A DNA stretch of 64,000 nucleotides. Source: an uncultured delta proteobacterium. Its GTDB lineage: Bacteria; Desulfobacterota; Zymogenia; Zymogenales; Zymogenaceae. Positions 51,991-61,599 of the stretch are shown in pieces; position 1 is the first letter of the stretch; each line of letters starts with the position of its first letter. The notes under the pieces were generated by a model. It was not told the origin of the DNA and did no database searches. It saw nothing but the letters and a program-made list of their open reading frames with translations. Made by a program: the position numbers and the translations under genes. The stretch lies in assembly GCA_963792965.1 (NCBI GenBank), contig CAWBYW010000009.1, forward strand, positions 1 to 64,000, written 5' to 3'.

Positions 51991-53157
51991 TCAGGCGGTA
52001 ATCGTCAATGCCTCGAGGGTATCGGGCGCATCGGTGAGCCTCACGTTGCCGCTTGCGGTGATCAATACCGAGTCCGAATGCCGGAAGCCCCCCTTGCCCG
52101 GGATATAGATGCCCGGCTCGATGGAGATGAGCATGCCGGGCTTGAGCGTGCGGTCGTCGCCAAGCGCCAGGTAGGGCGCCTCGTGCCCCGTGATCCCGAG
52201 CCCGTGCCCCGTCCGGTGCAGGATGTTGCCCTCGTACCCCGCCTTTATGATGACCTCCCTGACGCGCCGGTCGATCTCCGAGAGAACGGCGCCGGGCTTT
52301 GCCAGCTCGTAGCCGAGGGCGCGCGCCTCCATCATGACCGCAAAGGGTTTCTTGGCCGACTCGGGGACTTTTTTCAGAAAGAAGCTCCTCTCCATCTCCA
52401 TCCCGTAGCCGTCCGCCTGGGCCGTCACGATAGAGACATGGGGCCCTCCCTCTTCCATCGGGAGGTAGGGGGTCGGGACGCGGTGCGGGTCGTGCGAGAT
52501 GGAGGGGGGCCACACCGCCCCCACGAAGCGGGAAACGATGAGGTTTGCCTCCGGGATCTCGGTGAGCACCTTGCCCATCATGGCGCGCACCACCTCGCCG
52601 TAGATGGCGATCTCGAGCACACCCGATCTCGTCACCTCAAGGAGTTTTGCGTGCCCGAAGCTCACGACGTCGGAGGCGTGCACCGAGCGGCCGATCTCAT
52701 AGTCCGTCTTAATGAGGCGGACGTCATCGATGATATCCTCGATGACGACTTTCCCGGGGGTCTCCGTGAATATCCCGACCGGCATCGCCGGCTCCACCCC
52801 CACGTGGGCCGTTTCCGGTATCATCTCTTTGTAGAGGTCAAACCAGTTCTCGCCCTTGGGCGCCGGAAACTCGTAATAGGTGACGTACTCGAGGTCGCAC
52901 CGGGCCCGCGCCTTGACGTGGGTTGACTCCAGGAGCGGGCAGAGCATAGTGGGAGTCCCCGTTTTCGGTATCACGAGGATAAAGGGGCGCTCGTGCACGT
53001 TGTTGGCGAAATTGGTCAGGTAGTAGACGTTGACCGGATCGAACGAGACGTAATAATCAAGGTTCTTCTCTCTCATCTTCTCCCGGACGCGCGAAAGGCG
53101 CCCGTTGAGCTCGGCTTTATCCGGGGGCGTGGTGATGGGTTTGGGTTTTTCGGACAT
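51991..53157 (-). CDS. Xaa-Pro peptidase/creatinase family (M24)
   Basis: HRTGHGLG-HEAP, SIEPGIY and GGFRHSD. Confidence 0.9.
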   Translation of the reverse strand: MSEKPKPITTPPDKAELNGRLSRVREKMREKNLDYYVSFDPVNVYYLTNFANNVHERPFILVIPKTGTPTMLCPLLESTHVKARARCDLEYVTYYEFPAPKGENWFDLYKEMIPETAHVGVEPAMPVGIFTETPGKVVIEDIIDDVRLIKTDYEIGRSVHASDVVSFGHAKLLEVTRSGVLEIAIYGEVVRAMMGKVLTEIPEANLIVSRFVGAVWPPSISHDPHRVPTPYLPMEEGGPHVSIVTAQADGYGMEMERSFFLKKVPESAKKPFAVMMEARALGYELAKPGAVLSEIDRRVREVIIKAGYEGNILHRTGHGLGITGHEAPYLALGDDRTLKPGMLISIEPGIYIPGKGGFRHSDSVLITASGNVRLTDAPDTLEALTITA

Positions 53158-53281
53158 TGTTTCACCTCATAGGGACTCATCTGTGTGAAGGGTCACATGA
53201 CTGACGGGGCCCGCTCGACCGCTACCGGCTGCCGTATCCCGCATCCGTGACGGGGCGGCCGCATACGATATTTTCCGCCGC

Positions 53282-53704
53282 CTACTTTGCCGGATCATCG
53301 ATGACGATGGTCCCGGCCGCCAGGTCCCCGACCCGGTAGCCGTTGGGGTCCACGATAAGATAATAGGTCTCAAACGCGACGATGAGAAGCCCGACGACAC
53401 AGATCATCACCCAGCGGAGGTACGGGACAAGGTAAAAGAGATAGATGATCGCGTAGATCGAGTTCCTGACCAGCGAATCCTTGAAGGTGATGGGAGACCC
53501 GTCCTCGGCACGCACAACCCTGAGCCCGATGACCCGCTTTCCGAGGCTTCTCCCTCCCAAGAGCCCGTCCGCGATGGCGATATAGGTCGCCCCCATGAGC
53601 ACCCCGATCGGAAAGAGCACCATACAAAAGGCCGCGCCGATCAGAAAGTCGATAAGCCGCGCAAGCAGTCGATGGGTCAGATCAGCCTTCTTCAGTGTGG
53701 TCAT
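53282..53704 (-). CDS. RDD-family membrane protein
   Basis: RLLARLID, SLGKRVIGLRVV and RVGDLAAGTIV. Confidence 0.88.
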   Translation of the reverse strand: MTTLKKADLTHRLLARLIDFLIGAAFCMVLFPIGVLMGATYIAIADGLLGGRSLGKRVIGLRVVRAEDGSPITFKDSLVRNSIYAIIYLFYLVPYLRWVMICVVGLLIVAFETYYLIVDPNGYRVGDLAAGTIVIDDPAK

Positions 53705-53876
53705 CGTCGTCTTCCCTTATAAAGAAGATAAAGGCCATGGAGGGCCGCCGGCTGGCCTGCCCCATGGCAAAGGTGATTCCGTTGAATATCCATCCCTCTT
53801 TCGCGTAGCTGTTGACGGCCTCTTCGATCGTCTCTTCGGTGACGATGGAAAGCTCCTTGACCTTATAGGTAAGCAT
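53682..53876 (-). CDS. DUF4177-like small protein
   Basis: YKVKEL...IEEAVNSYAKEGW...FIFFIRE. Confidence 0.7.
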   Translation of the reverse strand: MLTYKVKELSIVTEETIEEAVNSYAKEGWIFNGITFAMGQASRRPSMAFIFFIREDDDDHTEEG

Positions 53877-53932
53877 CGCGTCCGGGTTTACGTCCTCTTT
53901 CCGGGGGGTGCACGGCCGCCCACCCTTCCCGT

Positions 53933-54391
53933 TCACGGCGTCTCAGGCGGCATGTCGAACACGGCCCTGATCTTGTAGGTCTTGACCGCGCCGAGGCGCA
54001 CCACCGTGATCCCCGCCTTTCGCTCGATCTCTTCCACGGTCTGTGCGAGCTCCTTCGTATCCTTACCCCACACGGTGAACCAGAGGTTGAGCGGGCCCTC
54101 CCGCTCGTAGTTGTGCGTCACCTGACCAAACGAGCCGACGACCGCGGCAACCCTTTCGATCCGTCCTTCGGGCACCGTTGCGGCGCAGAGCATCGTCTTG
54201 GCGCCGAGCGATTTAGCGTCCAGGACCGCCCCGATCCTGCGGATCACCCCGGCGTGCTTAAGGGCCCCTATCCGGGAGATCACCTCCCCCTCGGTGAGGC
54301 CCACTTTTTCGGCGATTTCGGCGAAGGGCCGCCGTACGAGGGGAAATCGTCCCTGGATAATCGTAAGGATCTCTCTGTCGGTATCGTCCAC
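53933..54391 (-). CDS. Siroheme decarboxylase subunit (AhbA/NirD-like, AsnC fold)
   Basis: IQGRFPLVRRPF, GVIRRIG and VTHNYERE...NLWFT. Confidence 0.8.
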   Translation of the reverse strand: MDDTDREILTIIQGRFPLVRRPFAEIAEKVGLTEGEVISRIGALKHAGVIRRIGAVLDAKSLGAKTMLCAATVPEGRIERVAAVVGSFGQVTHNYEREGPLNLWFTVWGKDTKELAQTVEEIERKAGITVVRLGAVKTYKIRAVFDMPPETP

Positions 54392-54819
54392 GGTGCTTCT
54401 TCGCGGTCGTTCACGGTCTCGTGACGGCCGCTCGCGTTATATATATAGTAATTCAGGATATTTGTTTTATTATAGAGGAAGAGGGTCTTTTGTCAATGCA
54501 AAAAGGGGGAGAGCGGCCGGGATCGCGGCGCCCGCTCCCACCCGCCGTGATAGGGGTGCCGCAGAACGCGACGTAGCCCGTGTAGAAGCTCCCCTTCACG
54601 GGCGTTTCTCAGATATCCCCGGATCCGCTTTATCCTCGCACAGGCCGGCCGGACCGTCCCCTTCCACCCTTTCCGGATAGCTCCCGGGAGATGTCTATAG
54701 AGACAATCAGGCCATGGTGCAGCAGATCTCGTCGAAGGGGATTGGTATTCCTATCCGTCTGAGACGTCCCTATTATGACGCGGCCGGTCCAGAGTTGAAA
54801 ATCGCACACGTGGCCCCGC

Positions 54820-55387
54820 CTATCCGAGTTTCCTGATCCACTCGACCAGGGCGACGAGAAGCTCCCGTATCTTTTCCCGTGCCGTCTCGTCGGTGAGCCT
54901 GCCGGTCTCGTCAAACTTCTCTTTCGCTGCCGGAACCATGATCTCCGGACGGTTCAGAGGAAGCGCGTTGAGAAAGACCAGCGTCTGCCGCAGGTGATAC
55001 TGGGCCCTGGCACCGCCGAGCATGCCGATGGAAGCGCTCATGATGGCGACCGGTTTTCCGTCAAAGGGGCTTGTCCCGTACGGCCTGGACGCCGCATCGA
55101 TGGCGTTCTTAAGGACCCCGGGAATCGAATAGTTATACTCGGGGGTTACGATCAGCAGTCCATCGGCCGCCTTGATCTTTTCCTTGAGCGCCTTCACCCT
55201 TTCATGTGGACTACTCTCTAAATCCTGATTGAAGACAGGAATGCCTTCGAGGTCGAAGATCTCAAGCTCCACGTCTTCGGGAGCAAGCTTCACGCGCCGC
55301 TTTCAGGAGCATCTTGTTATAGGACCCCTTTCTGAGGCTTCCCGCAAAACCTAAAACTTTGATCTTTTTGCCGTCTCTACTATCCAT
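54820..55387 (-). CDS. NADPH-dependent FMN reductase (ChrR-like), frameshift near 55295
   Basis: GFAGSLRKGSYN, TPEYNYSIPGVLKNAID and GGARAQYHLRQ; SD GGAGG. Confidence 0.9.
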
Positions 55388-55594
55388 GTCGCACCTCCTG
55401 GCAAGTGACATTCTCTATCGTCTAAGTTATCCACTGATGTTGTGAAAGTCAAGGTTAACTAATTCAGATCACGTCCGACGAGTGGGGTTCGCCGCCCGCC
55501 ATAAAAAGGGGGCTCACGCCAAGGCGCGAGTCCCTGATCTTTCCGAAAGCCGGACGGGAGGCCACCCCCCGATCCTTCCCCTGCCGGCCTTTTC

Positions 55595-56176
55595 TCATCT
55601 ATCCCTTTTCTCAAAGACCACGGCCCTGCCGAAAAATACTCGCGGGTATGCGACGGGGACCAGGCCCGCCCTCCCAGCTCGGTCGATCAGGCGAAGAAAG
55701 TGGCCCTTCGTCGTGTGAAAAAGCGGCTCGGCGACAAAGAAACGGCCCCCCGTCCTCAGGGCCTCGGATATCTCGGCAAGAAAGGCCGCCATATCCGGCA
55801 CCTCATGTACCATGAAGAACGCGACCGCAAAATCGACCGGCCCCTTAACACCGACCCGATCCGGCCCGCACACATGCGTCCGGATCCGCCCGGAGAGTCC
55901 CGCTTCTTTTGCCCGCGCCTCCACCATCTTGAGCATCTCGGGCTGGAGATCGGCGGCGATCACCCGCCCACCCTCTCCGACCAGCCGGGCAAGTCCGAGA
56001 GAGGCAAATCCACCCCCGCAGCCGACGTCCAGGACAGTCATCCGCGGCCGGACGTACGGCCCGAAGAGCGTCGCCGTATTGTGGATGAGCGGACGGAGGA
56101 AATTATCGAGATGCCTGACACGTGAGTATCCTCGCCACGGGCAGATCCCCTTATTCCCTGACCGCGGTGCGCTCAT
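55595..56176 (-). CDS. Class I SAM-dependent methyltransferase
   Basis: VLDVGCGGG, ADLQPEML and MVHEVPD. Confidence 0.9.
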   Translation of the reverse strand: MSAPRSGNKGICPWRGYSRVRHLDNFLRPLIHNTATLFGPYVRPRMTVLDVGCGGGFASLGLARLVGEGGRVIAADLQPEMLKMVEARAKEAGLSGRIRTHVCGPDRVGVKGPVDFAVAFFMVHEVPDMAAFLAEISEALRTGGRFFVAEPLFHTTKGHFLRLIDRAGRAGLVPVAYPRVFFGRAVVFEKRDR

Positions 56177-56207
56177 GGCTCCTCCCTCTTCCATCGAAAC
56201 CTCCTCT

Positions 56208-56228
56208 ATTGTTTAGCTTCTAAATAAT
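56208..56228. promoter_or_regulatory. Candidate MarR operator 1 (9-3-9 palindrome)
   Basis: ATTGTTTAG-CTT-CTAAATAAT upstream of the methyltransferase gene. Confidence 0.6.
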
Positions 56229-56253
56229 ATAGCGAAAAAAAACTACCGGTCCT

Positions 56254-56718
56254 TCATGCGCTTCTCGTAGAGGGAAAGGATCGACGAAAGGTCTCTGGCC
56301 AGCTCACCAAATTGCTCGAGATGCGACGCCAGCCTCTCACCGTAGTAGTCGCGAAGAATGGCCAGCATCTGCCGGTGGAACGCCTCGTGGTTCTCAAAGG
56401 CCCGCCTCCCGAGATCGGTAAGTCCCGTGATGACCTCCTTTTCATTTCCCGATATCGTACCTTTTCAACGAGTCCCTTCTTTACGAGCCTTCCCAGCATC
56501 TGGGACACCGCTCCCTTGGTGACCCCCATCCTTTCGGCAAGCCGGGTCACGTTTGTCCCCGGGTTTCTCCCGATCGTCTCGATGGTATGTATCTCCGAGC
56601 GATACAGAGGGATCCCTGCGCCGAAATCAAAACGGGGTGTATGGAGCGATTGCGCCCGCGCGATCAGGCGGCTTACCTCCTCCATCACCCGCTCGAATGT
56701 TGCCAGGTCGTTGTCCAT
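56254..56718 (-). CDS. MarR-family regulator, frameshifted
   Basis: SEIHTI...NVTRLAERMGVTKGAVSQMLGRLVKKGLV. Confidence 0.85.
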   Translation of the reverse strand: MDNDLATFERVMEEVSRLIARAQSLHTPRFDFGAGIPLYRSEIHTIETIGRNPGTNVTRLAERMGVTKGAVSQMLGRLVKKGLVEKVRYREMKRRSSRDLPISGGGPLRTTRRSTGRCWPFFATTTVRGWRRISSNLVSWPETFRRSFPSTRSA

Positions 56719-56722
56719 GAAG

Positions 56723-56743
56723 ATAGTATAGCACCTAAACTAT
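56723..56743. promoter_or_regulatory. Candidate MarR operator 2 (9-3-9 palindrome)
   Basis: ATAGTATAG-CAC-CTAAACTAT just upstream of the marR ATG. Confidence 0.6.
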
Positions 56744-56965
56744 TTACGTCAACTCTTTTCGTCTCAGCAAGATTCCCTCCATCGGCGCCGAGGCCGCCCC
56801 CGGACTCCCGCACGCGGGAGCCCGGGGCATGATCTTGACAGAGGGATGCCGCACGGAGTATAAGGGTCTGAGGGCGTGCTGTATGTCGGATCGAGCGCCC
56901 GTGCATTACCGGACCCCGCCGGTATGCTTTCTCAATCCGATATCGTATATTATAAGGAGCGTCCC

Positions 56966-57907
56966 ATGGAAGCAAAAGATGTGAAGAAGTGTCTGGTCGT
57001 CGGGGCGGGCGTGATGGGTCATTCCATCGCCCAGGTCTTTGCGACGGCGGGCATCGAAGTCGGCCTCGTAGACCTCAATGAAAAGGCCCTGGACCAGGCG
57101 ATGAAGATGATCTCGGCCGACCTCAAGACCCTTTCCGACTTCGGCCGCGTTGACCCGGCTGCGCTGCCCGCCATCCAAAAGCGCATCCATCCCTCGACCG
57201 ATATCGCCACATCCGCCGCGGACGTCGATTTCGCGCTCGAGGCGGTGGTGGAGGTCCCCGAGGTAAAGCAGAAGATATTTTCCGACCTCGACGCCTATAC
57301 GCCACCGCGCGCCGTCCTGGCCAGCAACACCTCGGGGCTTGAGATCTTCAATTTCCTCCAGACGAAAGACCCCTCGCGCGTTGTCATCTCTCACTGGTTT
57401 GCCCCGCCCCACATCATCCCGCTGGTCGAGGTCGTCCCCGGTCCGCAGACGGCCCCCGGGGTGGTCGAATTCACCGCATCCCTCATGAAGCGGCTCGGCA
57501 AGCGCCCGGTCGTCATGCGCGAGTTCGTCCGCTCGTTTATCGTCAACCGGATCCAGAACTATATATTCATGGCGGTCATGGAGACGCTCGACAAGGGGTG
57601 GGCCACCCCCGAGGAGATAGACTACGCGGTAAAGATGAGCCTCGGCGTGCGGCTTCCGATCGTGGGCGTGGTGCAGACCTACGACTTCACGGGGCTCGAC
57701 GTCGTGTTGGACCTCATCAAGAGCTACGGCATGAGCTATCCGATCATCGAAAAGAAGGTCACGGAGGGAAATCTCGGCGCGAAGACCGGAAAGGGGCTCT
57801 TCGATTACAAGGGGAGGACTCCGGAAGAGATCATCAGGAAGCGGGACGAGCTCTACATCAAGATGGGCGATTTCCTGGAGGAGCTCAACGGCTTCGGCCC
57901 GGTGTGA
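56966..57907 (+). CDS. 3-hydroxyacyl-CoA dehydrogenase family protein
   Basis: VVGAGVMG, EAVVE, ASNTS, HWFAPP and GAKTGKG; SD AAGGAG. Confidence 0.92.
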   Translation: MEAKDVKKCLVVGAGVMGHSIAQVFATAGIEVGLVDLNEKALDQAMKMISADLKTLSDFGRVDPAALPAIQKRIHPSTDIATSAADVDFALEAVVEVPEVKQKIFSDLDAYTPPRAVLASNTSGLEIFNFLQTKDPSRVVISHWFAPPHIIPLVEVVPGPQTAPGVVEFTASLMKRLGKRPVVMREFVRSFIVNRIQNYIFMAVMETLDKGWATPEEIDYAVKMSLGVRLPIVGVVQTYDFTGLDVVLDLIKSYGMSYPIIEKKVTEGNLGAKTGKGLFDYKGRTPEEIIRKRDELYIKMGDFLEELNGFGPV

Positions 57908-57978
57908 GGCTCCTGCACGGATTTCGCATGTGTACGGCCGGGCGGGCCGTCTCGGGACGATCGAAAAGGAAATTCCCT

Positions 57979-58428
57979 ATGTACAAAGCAACGGAAATGG
58001 AGCTTGTCGAAGAGATCCGGGAAATGGTCGACCGGGAAACCGAGGCATGGGACAAGAAAGACGCCGATGCGCTCCTTTCGTTGTTCCATCCCGACATGGT
58101 GTGGCCGTGGCCGCCCGACAACCGGTCACACGACCCGATGACGTGGGTATTCGTCCAGGGGAAGTACGACCGCAAGAGATGGCACGATGGGTGGCAACGG
58201 CTGTTTGATACGCACGATCTTGTCCATAACCGGCGCAAGACCCTCCGCATCGAGGTTTCGGCCCAGGGAGACGGCGCGCTCGCCGTGGTCGACGTCGACA
58301 CACTATGGATAGACAGGGCGACCGGGGAGAAGCTTCACTGGAAAGGGCGTGCGGCCAAAGGCTATACGAAGACCTCCGACGGCTGGAAACTGATCATGCA
58401 TACGGGGCTTCTCGATTACGGAAAGTAA
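57979..58428 (+). CDS. NTF2/SnoaL-like protein
   Basis: AWDKKDADALLSLFHPD...DGWKLIMH. Confidence 0.75.
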   Translation: MYKATEMELVEEIREMVDRETEAWDKKDADALLSLFHPDMVWPWPPDNRSHDPMTWVFVQGKYDRKRWHDGWQRLFDTHDLVHNRRKTLRIEVSAQGDGALAVVDVDTLWIDRATGEKLHWKGRAAKGYTKTSDGWKLIMHTGLLDYGK

Positions 58429-58565
58429 CCCGCTCTCGATGGGGGAAGACCCCCGGCGGCCCCGGCGCCGGTGCCCCTCCGTCCGGCGCGGATTAAGGCT
58501 TGCGGACCGGCGGTGCCTGTCCGTTTTTCGCGCATCTCAGCACAATCACTTCCGTGCTTCCCGGA

Positions 58566-60080
58566 CTAAGCTGGCACCGCGACGCACACAAACCCCACGT
58601 CCATGATACGCTCCCGGTATTTCTCGTAGATCGGCAGATTTTCGACCCCATAGAGAACAATAAAATCGTAGGGACACAAGCCGGAGTCCCGGTTTATCGC
58701 CTCCCTGAGCGCGTCTTCGGTAAGCGGGGTGTAGGCCCCCCCCGCGTAGTAGGCGATACGCGGATCGTCCGTCAGGATCGTCGGGCCCGGCCCGAAGTGA
58801 GAGGCGATGTACCTCCCGGCGACCTTTATAGCGAGCTTCTTGTCCTCCCAGTAGGAGGAGCCATTGATCAGGCAGACGATAATCACGGCGCCGATGAAAG
58901 CCGCCATCAGGGCTCTCTGAAGAAGAATGGACTGGTTCCTCTGCATGAGAAGGTTCTCGAATCTCGCCACGAAGAGCCTCATGCCGTAGGCCGCAAACGG
59001 CATCAGCAAAATGACCACCGGGAGAAAGTATCTCCGCGAAAAGACATGGACCTGGGTGAAATAGACAAAATCAAGTACCAGGAGGACCGCGACGACAAAC
59101 AGATAGTAGCGTCCTGTCGGCGAAAAACCCTTCCCCGTCCAGAAGCGCATGACGTTCATGGCAAGGAAGAAGAGATAGAGGCCCCAGATCGCCTCGCTCA
59201 AGAGGCCCAGGAAGACAAGCGCCATGTCGATCCCGACTCGTCCCGTGGTCATTCCCCCCATAATCTTGGATTGGTCTCCGAACCCCAGGGGAGATTGAGA
59301 GAAAAGGGACATATACTCGAGGGGCTTGCCAAGGCTCACGGAAAGACCATGGCTCTTCAGGGAAAAAACGATGATAAGAGACGCGGCGATCGTAAGCGAA
59401 ACCGAGGAAAAGGCGAGGGTGGACAGCGCACGTGCGCGCAACGTCGTCTCTCCCGTGCGCAGGTCCCGCATCCAGATGAAGAGGAGGACCGCGATGATGC
59501 AAAAGAGCCCCTCCGGCTTCGTCAGGTACGCCAGGGCGGCGAAAGAGCCGGAGAGTATCAGAAAACGATCCTTCTTCTCCTTAAGTCCCTTCCAGGCAAG
59601 GCTGAACGCCGCCACCACAAAGAAGATGCTCGTGGAGTCGCGGAGCAGGCCGGCGGCATCCACGAAGAGATAGGGATGTATCGCAAACAGGAATGCGCTG
59701 TAGCGGCCGACCGTGCGGCCGTAGAGGCCCGTGGCCGTCAGGTAAACCGGAAAGACTGTGAGCGATCCGAACAGGATCGAGAGCGCTTTGCCCGCCGTCT
59801 CATAGTCGATGCCGCATTTCCAGGCAACGGCCATGAGGAAAGGAAACAGGGGGTGAACCATCACCGCGAGATTTGTGAGCGAAAGCGAGCCCAGGTCCCC
59901 GAAGGTCTTCGCGGTCTCGATGATCGTGTATGAATCAAGATCTATTATTTGCGTCGCGAGTGACTGGAATACCCTCACGAGGATTGTGAAGACAAACAGG
60001 AGCAGGAAGACGCGGTCGATCGCGGGCGAGTTGTCTCTTAGATCGTCCCTGATTTCGTACGCGTCTTTGATATGGCTCAT
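58566..60080 (-). CDS. GT39/ArnT-like membrane glycosyltransferase
   Basis: HPLFPFL, LAYLTKPEG and RRYFLP; many TM segments. Confidence 0.7.
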   Translation of the reverse strand: MSHIKDAYEIRDDLRDNSPAIDRVFLLLFVFTILVRVFQSLATQIIDLDSYTIIETAKTFGDLGSLSLTNLAVMVHPLFPFLMAVAWKCGIDYETAGKALSILFGSLTVFPVYLTATGLYGRTVGRYSAFLFAIHPYLFVDAAGLLRDSTSIFFVVAAFSLAWKGLKEKKDRFLILSGSFAALAYLTKPEGLFCIIAVLLFIWMRDLRTGETTLRARALSTLAFSSVSLTIAASLIIVFSLKSHGLSVSLGKPLEYMSLFSQSPLGFGDQSKIMGGMTTGRVGIDMALVFLGLLSEAIWGLYLFFLAMNVMRFWTGKGFSPTGRYYLFVVAVLLVLDFVYFTQVHVFSRRYFLPVVILLMPFAAYGMRLFVARFENLLMQRNQSILLQRALMAAFIGAVIIVCLINGSSYWEDKKLAIKVAGRYIASHFGPGPTILTDDPRIAYYAGGAYTPLTEDALREAINRDSGLCPYDFIVLYGVENLPIYEKYRERIMDVGFVCVAVPA

Positions 60081-60188
60081 ACTATTCTTCGACGTTTGGT
60101 TCCCTGCCAACCCTCTTCGTCTATTTTCACGCATTTGCTCGGATTTTCGTTCTTGCGCGGTCGTCGATATCCGTTCGGGCCGGGTTGT

Positions 60189-61298
60189 TCATGAAACGTA
60201 GGAGGGGCAGCGCTCGACGATCGCCTCGATGATCATCTTGAGATCGGGCATCTCCTTTTTCACGACGGCCCAGACGTCTCGCCCATCGCACGTGCCGTCT
60301 AAGCGAGAGAGCGTCTTTCTCATCCTCGAAATCGCTTTCCAGTCTATCTCCGGGTACCTTTTCCTGTAATACCGTTCCTTTATCTTTTTCAGCTCCCGCT
60401 CGATGAGCCTGAGCTCCCCCAGAACAATCCCATGGGGTTTCCCATCGCCGGCGAACTCCTCTTCGGTGAGGCCTTTTAGCAGCTCTTCGATCCTGACTAT
60501 TGAATTCCTGATCCCGAAAACGGACAAGAGCTTCATTTCCACGCTCACCGCCTCGTCCCACCCTATTTCTCTTCTTTCAAGATCGACCAACGTTTCCCTG
60601 ATATCGGTCTGGATCTTTTCGAAAGTATCGTTTCCGATACGGCGGGGGATATATATCGGTTTTGTGCTGGTGGTGATACAGCGGGAAAAGGGCTTGGGGA
60701 TACGCGTTCCATCCCATGTCGGGAGCACCCACTCGTTTCTCCGTATAAAGGAGACCGGGACGATAGGGACGCCGCAATAACGGGCAAGCTCAACAACCCC
60801 CGCCTTCACCTCCCGGGCCGGGCCTGACGGTCCGTCGACGACCATCGCGGCGAGCGCTCCCTGATTGAGGATATCCTTCATATCCTCGAGGGCTTCTTTC
60901 CCCCGCTCCCGCGCCGAGCCTCGAACCACGTAGTATCCCAACAGGTTCAGGATGCGCGACTCGACTTCCCCCGCCTGGGACAGGGCAACCATTATCACCG
61001 TCCGGTCGTTCCATCCGAGGCGCTTGCCGATCGACTGGCTCAGCAGCATATCGCTGTGCCAGACGGCTACTGCAAACGGTTTCCCCGACGACATCAGGTC
61101 GAGCAATTCTTTGGACGCCAGCTGCCGCCAGCGGTATGTCGACGTCAACAGGTTGACAAAGACGTAGACAATCGGTGGTACGATATTTTGATAGATCCAT
61201 ATCCGGATTCTCTTATGGAGCCGCCATCTCTTCCTGATTTCATTGGTGGGCTGTTCTCTCAGTGATAATCGGCGCATCGTCTTTTTCCCTCGGAACAT
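60189..61298 (-). CDS. DUF374 (LpxJ-like) acyltransferase fused to a degenerate DUF86/HEPN domain
   Basis: VWHSD, VRGS, VDGPSGP, KAGV and WDGTRIPKPFS; C-terminal IEELLKGLTEEEF...YPEIDWKAISRMR...VWAVVKKEMPDL. Confidence 0.75.
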   Translation of the reverse strand: MFRGKKTMRRLSLREQPTNEIRKRWRLHKRIRIWIYQNIVPPIVYVFVNLLTSTYRWRQLASKELLDLMSSGKPFAVAVWHSDMLLSQSIGKRLGWNDRTVIMVALSQAGEVESRILNLLGYYVVRGSARERGKEALEDMKDILNQGALAAMVVDGPSGPAREVKAGVVELARYCGVPIVPVSFIRRNEWVLPTWDGTRIPKPFSRCITTSTKPIYIPRRIGNDTFEKIQTDIRETLVDLERREIGWDEAVSVEMKLLSVFGIRNSIVRIEELLKGLTEEEFAGDGKPHGIVLGELRLIERELKKIKERYYRKRYPEIDWKAISRMRKTLSRLDGTCDGRDVWAVVKKEMPDLKMIIEAIVERCPSYVS

Positions 61299-61599
61299 TC
61301 AACTCCTCATACAAAATCCCCTGGCCCTTCCCTGAGCATAGTAAGTGACCCTCGGGCCGCTTGTCAACAGCTAAATTCCGGAGCGAAAGCCTGTGCCGAT
61401 AAGGTTTCTTGCCCCCTGTATCGTATCGCCACGCGGCCAGCGAGCGGGCGCCTCGTCCGACCCACGTACCTCCCCGTGACTTTTCTGCAAAGGAGATGAT
61501 CCGTGAAAAAGATTACGGACCCACGCCTTTGCGTGAGTCCGTGATGTCGGCGCGGCCGGGGGCGCCCCGCCCGAACGGCCACAAGATACCGAGGAAGGT

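Noticed and set aside
53933-54391. AsnC/Lrp transcriptional regulator
   Set aside because: FPLxxRPF and VTHNYER fit AhbA/NirD-type siroheme decarboxylase subunits better. The missing partner could lie elsewhere in the genome.
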